The position numbers were made by a program, and so were the translations under genes. DNA of 52,193 bases from a virus (taxonomy: Duplodnaviria; Caudoviricetes): the IMG/VR virus record IMGVR_UViG_3300044568_005649, positions 1-52,193 of that record; one strand, written 5' to 3'. Below, in pieces: positions 14,923-24,760 of the stretch; the first letter of the stretch is position 1, and each line of letters begins with the position of its first letter. The notes under the pieces were generated by a model that worked only from the letters and a program-made list of their open reading frames with translations, was not told the DNA's origin and did no database searches.

Positions 14923-17900
14923 CTACTCCTTCTCCTCCCCTCTAGGTAGGCCCGCCCTGAGAGACCTCAGGGTCGCATTTAGGTCATTAGAGGAGGCGGT
15001 CGTGTACTTGTTGACCAGCTCATCTATGTCCTGAGCTGAGTCCTCGTCGACCGTCGGAGTGAGGTCCTTCAGGCTGGGAGCGTAGTCAGACTTCTGTCCG
15101 TAGGGGTGCCTGATGGCGTCCCTCTTGTCGCCTGGGTCGTGGCTGACCAGCTCATTGTGATCCACCGAGGCTCTCATGACGCCTCCCGGCTTTCGACGCT
15201 TGGCGTTGTAGCGAAGGCGGTCCGCGTGGTCCTCGGCCGTCTCCCCCTTCTTCATGGCGCGAGCCCTGCTCGCCTCACTGAGGACGACCGGGAGGGACTC
15301 TAGACTCCTGACGCTTCGGTCGATGACCCTCTGTGCCCTGACAGGTGCCTCCTCGTCGCTGATCTTGTACTGGAGCTCGTCCAGCGGCGCCGGGCCACCG
15401 GGAGGTGGGCCTCCAGGCACCGGAGCGCCTGCAGCGGGTGGGCCAGCGGTCACAGGAGTCTCTGTCGGTGGCGGAGGCGGCGGCGGCGAGTCGTCTCCCG
15501 CGCCGATCTCTCCACCCGTGGATGCCTCGGGCTCGTCGGTCATGCCGCCGCCCTCTGCCTCCGCCTGCACCTTCTCCAGCTCCAGCTCGCGGAGCTTGTC
15601 CTTGATCCTGCCCTCCTCGATCTCCTCGATCTGCTCGTCAGTGAGCCCGAGGAGGTTCTTTCGAAGCCACCGCTTGTCGAAGTAGCCCTCGGGCGCCTTG
15701 GAGACGATGTCGAAGCGTGTGCCGTAGAGGTCCAGCTTCTGCTGCTGAGCGATGGTGGACGGATTGGGAAGCTGGAGGGTGAAGTCCAGCAGGTCATCCC
15801 CCTCGAAGCCGTTGGAGTACAGGTGGATGATCGCCAGCTTGTTCAGCTCCGCGATCACCGTCCGCTGGATGCGGGCGATCGTGCGGGAGAAGCGGATGTC
15901 CTCCTGCGAGAGGGTAGCTTTCGAACCTATCGACTCGTCGTATCCGAGGTACGCCTTAGGGATCTTCAGCGCAGCAAAAAGTTTCTTCTGGATGTACTGG
16001 ACGTCCTCGATCGCCGCGGCATTCGTGCCGCCCGAGAGGGTGTCGATCTTGGTACCGGACTCGCCGCCGCGGACGGGGATAAAATAATCTTCGTCAACTG
16101 AGTTATGTATAAAAATCAAGGACTTGGCAACCATGTCTTCATTATGAAGATGAAGTGCAGGTCCTGCTGCAAAGTTGTGATACTTCTCCACGGTAATGCA
16201 GCCCGTGTCCTCACGCGCCTCAAGTTTTTCGACGCGGACAACCTTGTGATTCATGTAGCCGATGTGCTCAGAATCGGCAGCGCGCTGAACATATTGCTGG
16301 TTGAACGCCTGGAAGGTCCCACATGCTTGCGAAGCAAGCCACTGGTAGGAAGACCTGTTCATGTTAAAGTGGCGCAGGATGTCCTGACGCTTTACCTGAC
16401 CTCTTCGTGCCTCGCAGAACTTGACCAGCTGATCTGTCCCAACCCTGCTGAGCAGCCACTTCCGCTTAAGATCTTCGATCGGCTTTTTGAAGCCGAACAT
16501 CCGGAGGTGTTTCTGGAGGGAGCTCCTCGTGACTCTGTCATTGAATCCGTTCTTGAAGTCTGGATTGAGTGCCTGGAGGTAAGAGGCGAACTCTTTGCTG
16601 CTGTTGAGCTCGCTGATCAGATCACACTCTCGTGTGGAAATGCCAGTCCCGAGCTTGTCGAGCGCTGTCATGCAGTGATCAATGAACATCGCATCTACAC
16701 GAAGAGAAAGCTTCTCCACTCTCTTCTGTCTGATGTCGTCTCTCTTCCACAGATCGACGAAGGTCTTTGCCTCGATCTTTCCGCTCTCCCATGTCTTTTT
16801 CATCCGACTACGGGAGTTTGCCCTTCCCCTGTCTGACTTGTTGTACTCAACAATCATGTTTCCGTGGAGATCGTGATGATCTTTCCAGGTCATGGGAGCA
16901 AGGTTTTCCGGGTTGTTGTTCCTCTTGTCAAAGTCTGCGTGGTGAATAACCTTTCCGACTATTGCATCAAAGCCTGCAGTTGCAATGACGTTGCATCGGT
17001 GTGTGTAGCTGTATGTCTGAGCAAAAGGATCGTAGATCTTCTCGTACCCCGTCAGCTTGCTACCGTCTTCAGCAGCTGACGTCTTCGAATACAAGGGCAT
17101 GAGAGCATCGTCCGGCTGGAGCTGTGAAGCCTCACGATAGGATCCATCTCTCAGCATGAACCTGTGGTCGGGCGTGCAGTCAAAGTACACTCCGCTATCG
17201 ATGTGCACTCTCACCATCTCTGCGTCGCGACGAGTGACGCCGGCCCATACGACCTTTCCCGGGACAAGACACTTTCCATCAAGGTCCACAGAGTAGACCC
17301 ACTGGTCCTGCTTTCCGCCCTCCCACTCCTTGATGAAATCACCGAGTGATGTCATCCGACCATCTTGAAGCTTGATCGACGTGTTAAGCGAGTTACACAT
17401 CGGATTGTAGCGCATATCAACGCGCCCTGTGTTCTTGTCCACCACCTGGCTTTTCTTGAGCGCCGCCTGCGCCTGCTCCATGTACATCGGCACCTCCTCG
17501 GGAGGCACGTTGCCGACGTCGATGTAGAACACGCGGCGATCAGGTGATCTCACAACGCGATACACCAGCATCGCGTCCTCGGCGAGGACCAGCTGCCTCC
17601 ACACGCGACGCGCGCCCTCCAGCACAGATGACCCGTACGGAAGGAAAGCGTCGTTCCCGAGGAGGCGGAAGTGGGTCACCTGCCAGTTCTCGAGGGGCGT
17701 GTTGCCCTGTGTGATCCAGCGGTACCGGACCGCCATCGGGTCCTTGGGGTCGTAGTTCTCCTCCCGCTCGATCTCGTTCACCGGGATGGGAATGACGTTT
17801 CTCACGCCGTTTCCCGGGTGGACGTCATTAAAAAGTACAAAATCGCCGTACTTACAAAGGTTTCTCACCCACGCAGTCAGGTTGAAGTTGACGTTGAGAG

Positions 17901-18267
17901 TGTCGAAGAGCAGCTCGTTGAGGAGCCGCTCGATATCCTTGTTTTCCGAGTAAATGGAGAGAATCAGACCATCCACACCGGGAGACGCGACCTCCTCAGA
18001 GTAGATGTCCAGGGCGCTGTTGATCTCGGGGTAGTAGTCCATCTCCGAGAAGTCGCTGTATCTGGCGAGACGATCGTATGTCCCGTAGGCACTCATTGCG
18101 CTGCTGTACGCGGAGCTGTGGTTCTTTCGGAACATCTCGTACGCGGACAGCGACTGCCCGGGACCCGTCTGGGCCTTGAAGTCCTTGACGGTCCTCTTGA
18201 TGACTGGGCCGCTTCTGAAGAGGCTTGTCAGCCGCGAGAAGAGATTAGGATTCGAGTCCTTTGCCAT
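14923..18267 (-). CDS. gp20: Portal protein, T4 gp20-like, containing an intein
   Basis: EDAMLVYRVVRSPDRRVFYIDVGNVP; (YNPM|S)VDEDYFIPVRGGESGTKIDTLSGG; DVQYIQKKLFAALKIP; EDIRFSRTIARIQ. Confidence 0.95.
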   Translation of the reverse strand: MAKDSNPNLFSRLTSLFRSGPVIKRTVKDFKAQTGPGQSLSAYEMFRKNHSSAYSSAMSAYGTYDRLARYSDFSEMDYYPEINSALDIYSEEVASPGVDGLILSIYSENKDIERLLNELLFDTLNVNFNLTAWVRNLCKYGDFVLFNDVHPGNGVRNVIPIPVNEIEREENYDPKDPMAVRYRWITQGNTPLENWQVTHFRLLGNDAFLPYGSSVLEGARRVWRQLVLAEDAMLVYRVVRSPDRRVFYIDVGNVPPEEVPMYMEQAQAALKKSQVVDKNTGRVDMRYNPMCNSLNTSIKLQDGRMTSLGDFIKEWEGGKQDQWVYSVDLDGKCLVPGKVVWAGVTRRDAEMVRVHIDSGVYFDCTPDHRFMLRDGSYREASQLQPDDALMPLYSKTSAAEDGSKLTGYEKIYDPFAQTYSYTHRCNVIATAGFDAIVGKVIHHADFDKRNNNPENLAPMTWKDHHDLHGNMIVEYNKSDRGRANSRSRMKKTWESGKIEAKTFVDLWKRDDIRQKRVEKLSLRVDAMFIDHCMTALDKLGTGISTRECDLISELNSSKEFASYLQALNPDFKNGFNDRVTRSSLQKHLRMFGFKKPIEDLKRKWLLSRVGTDQLVKFCEARRGQVKRQDILRHFNMNRSSYQWLASQACGTFQAFNQQYVQRAADSEHIGYMNHKVVRVEKLEAREDTGCITVEKYHNFAAGPALHLHNEDMVAKSLIFIHNSVDEDYFIPVRGGESGTKIDTLSGGTNAAAIEDVQYIQKKLFAALKIPKAYLGYDESIGSKATLSQEDIRFSRTIARIQRTVIAELNKLAIIHLYSNGFEGDDLLDFTLQLPNPSTIAQQQKLDLYGTRFDIVSKAPEGYFDKRWLRKNLLGLTDEQIEEIEEGRIKDKLRELELEKVQAEAEGGGMTDEPEASTGGEIGAGDDSPPPPPPPTETPVTAGPPAAGAPVPGGPPPGGPAPLDELQYKISDEEAPVRAQRVIDRSVRSLESLPVVLSEASRARAMKKGETAEDHADRLRYNAKRRKPGGVMRASVDHNELVSHDPGDKRDAIRHPYGQKSDYAPSLKDLTPTVDEDSAQDIDELVNKYTTASSNDLNATLRSLRAGLPRGEEKE
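16102..17397 (-). mobile_element. Intein (432 aa) with HNH homing endonuclease
   Basis: Starts C (CNSLNTSIKLQDG); block B CTPDHRFMLRDG; HNH YTHR...IHHADFDKRNNNPENL...HHDLH; ends IFIHN followed by Ser; removal restores YNPM-SVDEDYFIP; lower GC. Confidence 0.93.
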
Positions 18268-18295
18268 TACGTCTCCGCGCGCCTATTGTAGGCAG

Positions 18296-19918
18296 CTACT
18301 TGAACAGCCAGACGAGATCCTGGTGGATCTTTCCCGACCTGAGGTCTGCAACCATGCGCATGTCCCCAGCGGGATGAGAGGCGAGCTGTGCAGACGTGTA
18401 GATGTTTTGAGTCTGTCCAGGCAACAGTCCGGCCGTTGATCCTGCTGTCCTCTTCATGGAGCTGAACATCACTGTGTTGAGGTTCACCGCACTTCGGCTG
18501 TACTCCGAGTTGACGTCGTACAGCCACGCGCCGATCGCGAGGGACATGACGAGGTCGTCATTGTGCCCCTTCATCGCCTCTGCCTTGCTGTTGTTCGACC
18601 AGACGAAGGTCTTCAGCTCCTGGTAGAAGCGTGTGGAGTACGACACCAGCTGACGGTTTCTGATCAGCTCCTCCAGCTTCGTCAGGATGAGGGTCCTGGT
18701 CTTGCCGGTGGTGGCGAACCCCGCGTGCGCGAGGTCGAGCGACTGGACGTAGTCGCCGATCAATGCGACCTTGGCACCCTGCGTGTAGATCCGTGGGTAG
18801 TCCAGGTCCTTGAGGCGAAGCAGGCACGCGTACCCGTAGGAGTTGTTCTCCGGGCAGACGATTGCCTTGTTGTACTTGAGGCCCCACTCGTTGATCAGCT
18901 CCGCCAGGCGATCCGGCGGGATCTTCCCGCGGTACTCAGCCACGACCTCGCCCGTCATGCAGTCCACTATGTGGAAGGTGGAGTAGTCCGACGAGTCGCC
19001 GCGGGCCACGTCTCCCGTGAGGATGTACTTGTGCTCCGACAGGGGGATCTTCCAGACCCAGACGTTCATGTCTGGACCTCCCCTCATCACCGGAGGCCGA
19101 GTCATCCCGTTCACCCAGGCGATGTCCGCGTCTGTGAGGAAGGTCTCACCTGACGCCGCAAAGTCGCACAGGAACTCTTGAGCGATCTGCCTCTCCGAGT
19201 AGTTCTTGGACTCCTTCTCGAACCACTCCTGGTCGTGCTCCGGGTGCACCGTCCACGGGAGCTTGACATGATTGAACTCGTTGACACAGGACTCCGCGTC
19301 AGAGTAGAGCTTGTAGAACTGGCCTCCGACACCGTTGGGCGTGGAGAGGAGGATCGCCTGTCCACCGGTGGTGAGCGTGGGGCCGATTCCGGTCCAGATC
19401 TCGTCGAAGTTCCTTACGAACGCCGCCTCGTCGATGATGAGGAGTGTCAAGGACTCGGAGCGGCCAGCGTCCTCAGAGGTGGGAATCGCCTTGATGGACG
19501 AGCCGTTGCTGAACTCGATCTGCTGCTTGTTATTGACAGTGATCTGCGGGAGGATGAGCCAGGGAGGCATGTTGTTCAGGATGGTCTTCACCTTCCTGAT
19601 GAACGTCTGCGCGACAGCAAGCTTGGTCGCGATGATGAGGATGTTCTTCTCTTTCTGATAGAGCGCCATCCAGGTCGCGTACGCGGCAGTGGTGGTCGAC
19701 AGTCCCAGCTGACGGGACTTGACCACGATGTTGAACCTGTGCTTCCTGAACTGTACGACGCAGTCGTCCTGGAATGGGAACGTCCTGAAGGGCAGGAGGC
19801 CCTTCGTCGGGTGCTGGATCTTACAGTAGGTGTTGAAGAAGTAGATTGGATCTCGTCCGCATCGGATGATCTCCTCTACCTGCTTCTTCTTGGGAACTAC
19901 AGCTGGGCTGGTTCCCAT
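18296..19918 (-). CDS. gp17: Terminase large subunit, T4 gp17-like
   Basis: Walker A VKSRQLGLST, Walker B LLIIDEAAF, STPNG, QEFLCDF, nuclease GDVARG..DYS, HNDDLVMSLA. Confidence 0.96.
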   Translation of the reverse strand: MGTSPAVVPKKKQVEEIIRCGRDPIYFFNTYCKIQHPTKGLLPFRTFPFQDDCVVQFRKHRFNIVVKSRQLGLSTTTAAYATWMALYQKEKNILIIATKLAVAQTFIRKVKTILNNMPPWLILPQITVNNKQQIEFSNGSSIKAIPTSEDAGRSESLTLLIIDEAAFVRNFDEIWTGIGPTLTTGGQAILLSTPNGVGGQFYKLYSDAESCVNEFNHVKLPWTVHPEHDQEWFEKESKNYSERQIAQEFLCDFAASGETFLTDADIAWVNGMTRPPVMRGGPDMNVWVWKIPLSEHKYILTGDVARGDSSDYSTFHIVDCMTGEVVAEYRGKIPPDRLAELINEWGLKYNKAIVCPENNSYGYACLLRLKDLDYPRIYTQGAKVALIGDYVQSLDLAHAGFATTGKTRTLILTKLEELIRNRQLVSYSTRFYQELKTFVWSNNSKAEAMKGHNDDLVMSLAIGAWLYDVNSEYSRSAVNLNTVMFSSMKRTAGSTAGLLPGQTQNIYTSAQLASHPAGDMRMVADLRSGKIHQDLVWLFK

Positions 19919-20295
19919 TACTCGACCGTGTAGGTCGACGTGAACCTGTACAGAGAGGGCAGCACTGGGCTGTTGAAGTTGTAGCCCAGCGCCTCAAGCT
20001 CCGCGTTATCAGTGAGAAACTTGGTCGAAAGCTTCTTCTTTGCGGCCTTTGAGAACTCCTTCTCGACGAACTTCAGGTGCTCCTTGACACACTTCTTCGC
20101 CCGATCGCGGACAGGCTCCAGCTGCTGGTGCTTGTCCTGATCCTTCGCGATGTTCACCACCTCGTGGTAGGTGATGAGGAGCTTCTCTCCGACAAGCTTA
20201 GTTCGGACTGCAGTGCTCCCTGACTGGGATGACTGTCGTCCAAAGGTGACGTCGATCAGGGATCCGAGAACATTGATGTCATTGATGCTGAGCAT
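19918..20295 (-). CDS. Hypothetical protein immediately upstream of terminase
   Basis: 125 aa; TAATG coupling; ATACTTA motif at 20300-20306. Confidence 0.75.
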   Translation of the reverse strand: MLSINDINVLGSLIDVTFGRQSSQSGSTAVRTKLVGEKLLITYHEVVNIAKDQDKHQQLEPVRDRAKKCVKEHLKFVEKEFSKAAKKKLSTKFLTDNAELEALGYNFNSPVLPSLYRFTSTYTVE

Positions 20296-20369
20296 TCTCT
20301 AAGTATTACTGGACGACGCTCTTCCCCGACCAGACTCTGTGATGCGGCAGTTGCCCCATCGAAAGGAGG

Positions 20370-20573
20370 CTACGCTTCCTCCTTCCGCTCACTGGTGGGC
20401 CTTCCTCCTCTGGCCTCATCCACGCTCGGCCGCCACCCATCAGACCAATCCTTTCTCCTCACCTCTGCGAAGTTGACAGCGCACTCGTCGCAGCACCCGT
20501 GGAGGCGAAACTGGTCGGGGTCGTGCGGGCTGGACATCGCCCTCCTGCAGACCGGGCAGAAGAGTGGGATCAT
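20370..20573 (-). CDS. Small Zn-finger protein
   Basis: MIPLFCPVC...GCCDECAVNFAE...WSDGWRP; ATGA overlap with the Mre11-Rad50 stop. Confidence 0.75.
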   Translation of the reverse strand: MIPLFCPVCRRAMSSPHDPDQFRLHGCCDECAVNFAEVRRKDWSDGWRPSVDEARGGRPTSERKEEA

Positions 20574-23500
20574 GCCACCACTCTCGAGGCGCCGCCCACC
20601 TGCGTGATCTCGATCACCTGATCGACCGCGTCCTTGACACCGTCGACGTGTGAGATGACAAGGATGAACCTGTAGATTCGTCTCAGGGACCTGATGAGGT
20701 TGATGCACGCGGCGAGCTGCGTCTCGTCCAGAGAACCGAATCCCTCGTCGATCACGATGAAGTCCGGCTTGGGGAGGGTCGTGATCCTGGTGAGGGCGAC
20801 CCTGATAGCCAACGAGGAGATCATCTTCTCCATCCCGGATCCGAGCTCCACGATCCGTCGACTGTCACCGTAGTCGATGTAGATCTCCAGTGAGTTGGTC
20901 TCCTGGTCTATCTCCAGCTGCACCTGGAAGGACACAACGTCGCTGAGGATGCTGCTCAGCTCCGCGTTGATTGCGGGAAGGAGCTTGTCGAGGATCTGGC
21001 TGGGGAGGCCCTTCTTGGCGTACGAGCTGACCAACGTCTCGTAGACTCGCCACTGACGCTTGAGGACCTTGAACTCTGACTGCGCTGTGAGGAGGCCCTC
21101 CACCTCCAGCTGTCGCTTGACCAGACCCGCGTTCTTGTCTCCGCGCAGCAGCCCCAGCTTGTCGATCTGTCTGTTGATTCCATCGAGATCGTCACGAAGT
21201 GTCTGAAACGCGCGTGAGGTCTCCTCAGACGCCTTCTTGACCGCCTCGTCCAGCGCGACCTGTGCAGCCTCGCGTGCCTCCTTCGACCGCTTGCAGGAGA
21301 CCAAAGCTGTGGCACGCTCCTCCTTGGCCGTCTTGAGTGCACTCAGGACGTCTGACTCACGTGCGACTGCTGACGTGTAGCTGGTGATCTTGGCTTCCGT
21401 CCCAAGGGTTGACACCATCGTGTACGCCTTCTTGCACCCATCCAGACTGACCTCAGCCTTTGACACAGCTGCTTCTAGGTCGGAGAGCTTGTCGCGGGAC
21501 TCAAAGGAGCGCTTGATGAACTTGCACGTGGGATGTGAGTCACCGCACGGAATCTGGCTGAGGACCTCAACATCGCCTGCTGCGGTGCTGAGGCTGACCC
21601 TCTCCAGGCGCACGGTAGCGGTGAGGTCGTTGATCTGCTTCTCGAGATCTCTCTGCGACTTGAGCTGGGACCTGAGGCTTTCAATGTCTGTCGCCTTCTT
21701 GAGCGACTCGATCGCGTCGATCTTCCTCTGTGCTGCCTCGATCCTGGCCACAGCAGCTGATTCCCGTGTCAGGTCCTCATCATGCTCTTTCTTTCGTCTG
21801 GCAGACATGCCTGTCAGTCGTGTGACGTCCTCCTCGGTCACCACCTGTGACCCAGACTCTGACACGATCTGTGCCTGGACGTCGGATCGGGCCTTGTGGA
21901 GGCCAGCAACCTCCTGATCGATCTGGTCGATCTCGTCGAGGAGGGCCTGCTGGGCCTGCTCAGCGGCCGTGATCAGGGCGGACCAGTCCCGATCAGGCAG
22001 GAGCTTGAGCCTGCTCTTGACTGCGTTCGCCTCAGGCTTGATCGCCTCGAGGACACGATCGAAGATGTCCAGGTCGAGGAATCTTCCGAGGTATGTCTTG
22101 CGGGAGGTGGCACCCTCATCGATGAACCTGTTCATGGTCCCCTGCGCTGAGAGTGCGGTCATGAAAAAGTCCTCAGCCGTGCCGATCGTCCTTCGGATGG
22201 TCTTCTCAGTGTCAGACCTCTGCTCTCCCGACGCGTTGTCGGTTTTTTCCATCAGGGTGAGAGAGGTGGGAGCCCAGACACGTCCGCTCCTTTCGTGCTT
22301 GAGAGTGGATTCCCTCTCGATCTGGATCTGCCGATCTCCGACAGAGATGTCCATCTTTGCTCGGCAGGACTGCTGCCCCGACCGAATGACGTGGATGTTC
22401 TTCATCGACCCACGATCGGTCGTGTTGAACATGCAGTACACCATGGCACCGATGATGGAGGACTTGCCGATCCTGTTGGGACCGAAGATGCCTGTCACGC
22501 CCTTCATCTCTGAGAAGTCAATAGAGTTGCTGCCGGCGTAGGTAAAGAGGTCGTCGAACTCCAGCGACTTGATGGTCCAGGTAACACCCCTGGCGTCCTC
22601 CGACCGTTCTCCTGCATCATCCAGAGCCTTGTAGACGATTCCCTGCACCAGCTCCCACTCCTCATCAGTGTGTGTAGTGGGGCCCACCAGCTCCTTGATC
22701 AGCTTGACGTGTGTGTCGGGTGAGTGAAGATCCTCACTCACTACGTCTGTGACAAGGATCGCAGAGTCCTTCCGCTCACGCTTGGAGACGAACTCCCTGA
22801 TCCCGTGCGAGAGCCGCATCTCAGACTGGAGCTGTCTCTCATCCTGCGGCGTGCAGGTGTCGTCACAGACCAGCCTGATTCTGGCGCCTTGCTGGATCCC
22901 AGACGCGGCGAGCGTTGTCGTGATATTCTTTTGCCACTTGACAGTGATGTACGGGTCGGGTGTCTCAACCTCCTCGAACCACACTCGGTGGCTGTTCGGG
23001 CCGAAGACCTCCCAGACCAGGAATCCCTTCGGAAGGGCCTCACCGAAGTTCTGCTGGAGGAGACCACCGCTGTATCCCACCCAAGGCATCTGCACTGTGA
23101 CCTCCAGGAGCCCATCTCGCTCTCCGATCACACGGGATCCGGGATGCCTGTGGAGGTCTGCGGGCGGGATCCGGAGACACACCTCCCGCTGGTCCAGGAA
23201 CTGCATCCTGTGAATGTCACCCAGCAGGGCGATGTCGTAGCCAGTGAAGAGGTCGAGGGATGTGTCTGACTCGTACGCCATGTCAGAGTCGAGAAGGCAC
23301 CCAGCGATGCCGCCGTGGAAGGCCGCTATGTTGACCTTCCCCTCCTCCGGCTTGACGTTCGACCATCCCTCCTCGTCGAAGCAGGAGAAGACGCAGAGGT
23401 TGTACGCGGGATCGTGCATCGGGTAGACGCCCGACTTCTTGCACAGGATGATGGGGTACGTCGAGCCTGATCCGATCGCCGTGAGAATGGGGCTGATCGC

Positions 23501-23782
23501 GTCGAGGCGTGAGGAGTTGCTCAGGATGCCGTCGTGGTTGCCCAGTGTCACGTAGACGTGAGCGATCTCTGATGCTGTCCTGAAGAAGTGCGTGATGAGC
23601 TGCACGGCCTCGGGCGTGATTCCCTGCGTCTTCGTGTGCCAGATATCTCCGCCCACAAAGATCGCGTCGACCTGGAGCTCTCTGCATCGAGCGAAGAAGG
23701 AGTCAAACGCCTTTCTGTACTCTTCGTGTCGCTGGAGTCCGCGGATGTGGATGTCACTTACGTGTGCAATCTTGAGGCTCAT
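20570..23782 (-). CDS. Fused Mre11/SbcD nuclease and Rad50/SbcC ATPase (gp47-gp46 fusion)
   Basis: SDIH, GGD, GNHD, GDIH phosphoesterase motifs; Walker A GPNRIGKSS; coiled coil; signature GSGME; Walker B IVIDEGFGSLD; ISH. Confidence 0.93.
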   Translation of the reverse strand: MSLKIAHVSDIHIRGLQRHEEYRKAFDSFFARCRELQVDAIFVGGDIWHTKTQGITPEAVQLITHFFRTASEIAHVYVTLGNHDGILSNSSRLDAISPILTAIGSGSTYPIILCKKSGVYPMHDPAYNLCVFSCFDEEGWSNVKPEEGKVNIAAFHGGIAGCLLDSDMAYESDTSLDLFTGYDIALLGDIHRMQFLDQREVCLRIPPADLHRHPGSRVIGERDGLLEVTVQMPWVGYSGGLLQQNFGEALPKGFLVWEVFGPNSHRVWFEEVETPDPYITVKWQKNITTTLAASGIQQGARIRLVCDDTCTPQDERQLQSEMRLSHGIREFVSKRERKDSAILVTDVVSEDLHSPDTHVKLIKELVGPTTHTDEEWELVQGIVYKALDDAGERSEDARGVTWTIKSLEFDDLFTYAGSNSIDFSEMKGVTGIFGPNRIGKSSIIGAMVYCMFNTTDRGSMKNIHVIRSGQQSCRAKMDISVGDRQIQIERESTLKHERSGRVWAPTSLTLMEKTDNASGEQRSDTEKTIRRTIGTAEDFFMTALSAQGTMNRFIDEGATSRKTYLGRFLDLDIFDRVLEAIKPEANAVKSRLKLLPDRDWSALITAAEQAQQALLDEIDQIDQEVAGLHKARSDVQAQIVSESGSQVVTEEDVTRLTGMSARRKKEHDEDLTRESAAVARIEAAQRKIDAIESLKKATDIESLRSQLKSQRDLEKQINDLTATVRLERVSLSTAAGDVEVLSQIPCGDSHPTCKFIKRSFESRDKLSDLEAAVSKAEVSLDGCKKAYTMVSTLGTEAKITSYTSAVARESDVLSALKTAKEERATALVSCKRSKEAREAAQVALDEAVKKASEETSRAFQTLRDDLDGINRQIDKLGLLRGDKNAGLVKRQLEVEGLLTAQSEFKVLKRQWRVYETLVSSYAKKGLPSQILDKLLPAINAELSSILSDVVSFQVQLEIDQETNSLEIYIDYGDSRRIVELGSGMEKMISSLAIRVALTRITTLPKPDFIVIDEGFGSLDETQLAACINLIRSLRRIYRFILVISHVDGVKDAVDQVIEITQVGGASRVVA

Positions 23783-24750
23783 ATTGTGGAACCGCTCCGG
23801 ATGTTTGAGATGGAGAAGAGTAGCTTGTCGAGCGGCCTCCAGCGCTGCGCTCGGTCAATGATCTCTAACGCTGTGGCGTAGGTGAGGTCGCCCATGTCCT
23901 TTCCCTCTCTGGGAGACTCTGCGATCCGAACGTCACAGTCGTAGGAGTAGAGAAGCTCTGCGATCCGCTGGGCCTTCGCTTTCATGTCTGAATCTAGAGC
24001 GAGCACGACCGGTGTCCTGTGAGTGACGATCCGCTGGAAGAGGAGGTGACCCATTCCCAAGCTAGAACCCAGGACGCAGGTCGAGTTGTCTGGGCATCGC
24101 ATTAGGTCAAAAGGTCCCTCTACGACGGTAAGGGGACGCTTCCAATCGATGTTCAGCTCATTGAAGACAATGTCTGACTTCTTGACCCTGCAGTTGGTGT
24201 AGCGAAGAGTGGTGTCAGGATCGATCGCACGGGAGGTGAAGAAGTTCAGCCCACCCTCAGCGTCGAATGACGGGATCACTACCCGTCGCCTGACTGACTG
24301 CGCGACTCCCAGACGAAAGCGGATGATGTCATCGACAGAGAAGCCACGCTGGACCAGATAGCGGGCGGCTGCCCTGGCATCTGGATTTCTCTCGGAGGAC
24401 CGAGAGAAGATGGGCGTAAAGTCCTCCGGCAACTGCAAGGGAGGAGGCGCCTGCTCCTTGTCCTCGTCCTCGTCGTCCAGCTGCCTGCCGCCGCCCTCAC
24501 ACTGCTGCCGGTATTCCGCAGCCACGTCTCGTGAGATGTGCTTGTAGATGATGGATGAGACGCGGCTCGAGCGGAGGCCACACACCCAGCAGTGGCACCT
24601 GCCTGTCTCCAGGTGGATGGAGAGCTTCTTCTTGCTCGACTTGCCTCCGCAGGCTGGGCACGCAACAGCAATGTTGGTGCCACGTACGTCAAGACTCCCC
24701 CCGCCGAAGATCGCCTTGATCTGACGAATCTTGTCGGTAGATGTGATCAT
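23779..24750 (-). CDS. DNA primase (Zn-binding domain plus TOPRIM), DnaG/gp61-like
   Basis: CPAC...CHCWVCG; YLVQRG; RRVVIPS; VVEGPFD; ALDSD; KDMGD. Confidence 0.88.
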   Translation of the reverse strand: MITSTDKIRQIKAIFGGGSLDVRGTNIAVACPACGGKSSKKKLSIHLETGRCHCWVCGLRSSRVSSIIYKHISRDVAAEYRQQCEGGGRQLDDEDEDKEQAPPPLQLPEDFTPIFSRSSERNPDARAAARYLVQRGFSVDDIIRFRLGVAQSVRRRVVIPSFDAEGGLNFFTSRAIDPDTTLRYTNCRVKKSDIVFNELNIDWKRPLTVVEGPFDLMRCPDNSTCVLGSSLGMGHLLFQRIVTHRTPVVLALDSDMKAKAQRIAELLYSYDCDVRIAESPREGKDMGDLTYATALEIIDRAQRWRPLDKLLFSISNIRSGSTI

Positions 24751-24760
24751 GCTCGAGATC

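Noticed and set aside
20310-20369. Small hairpin as a possible ncRNA or terminator
   Set aside because: Short imperfect stem, no U-tract and no recognisable RNA family features
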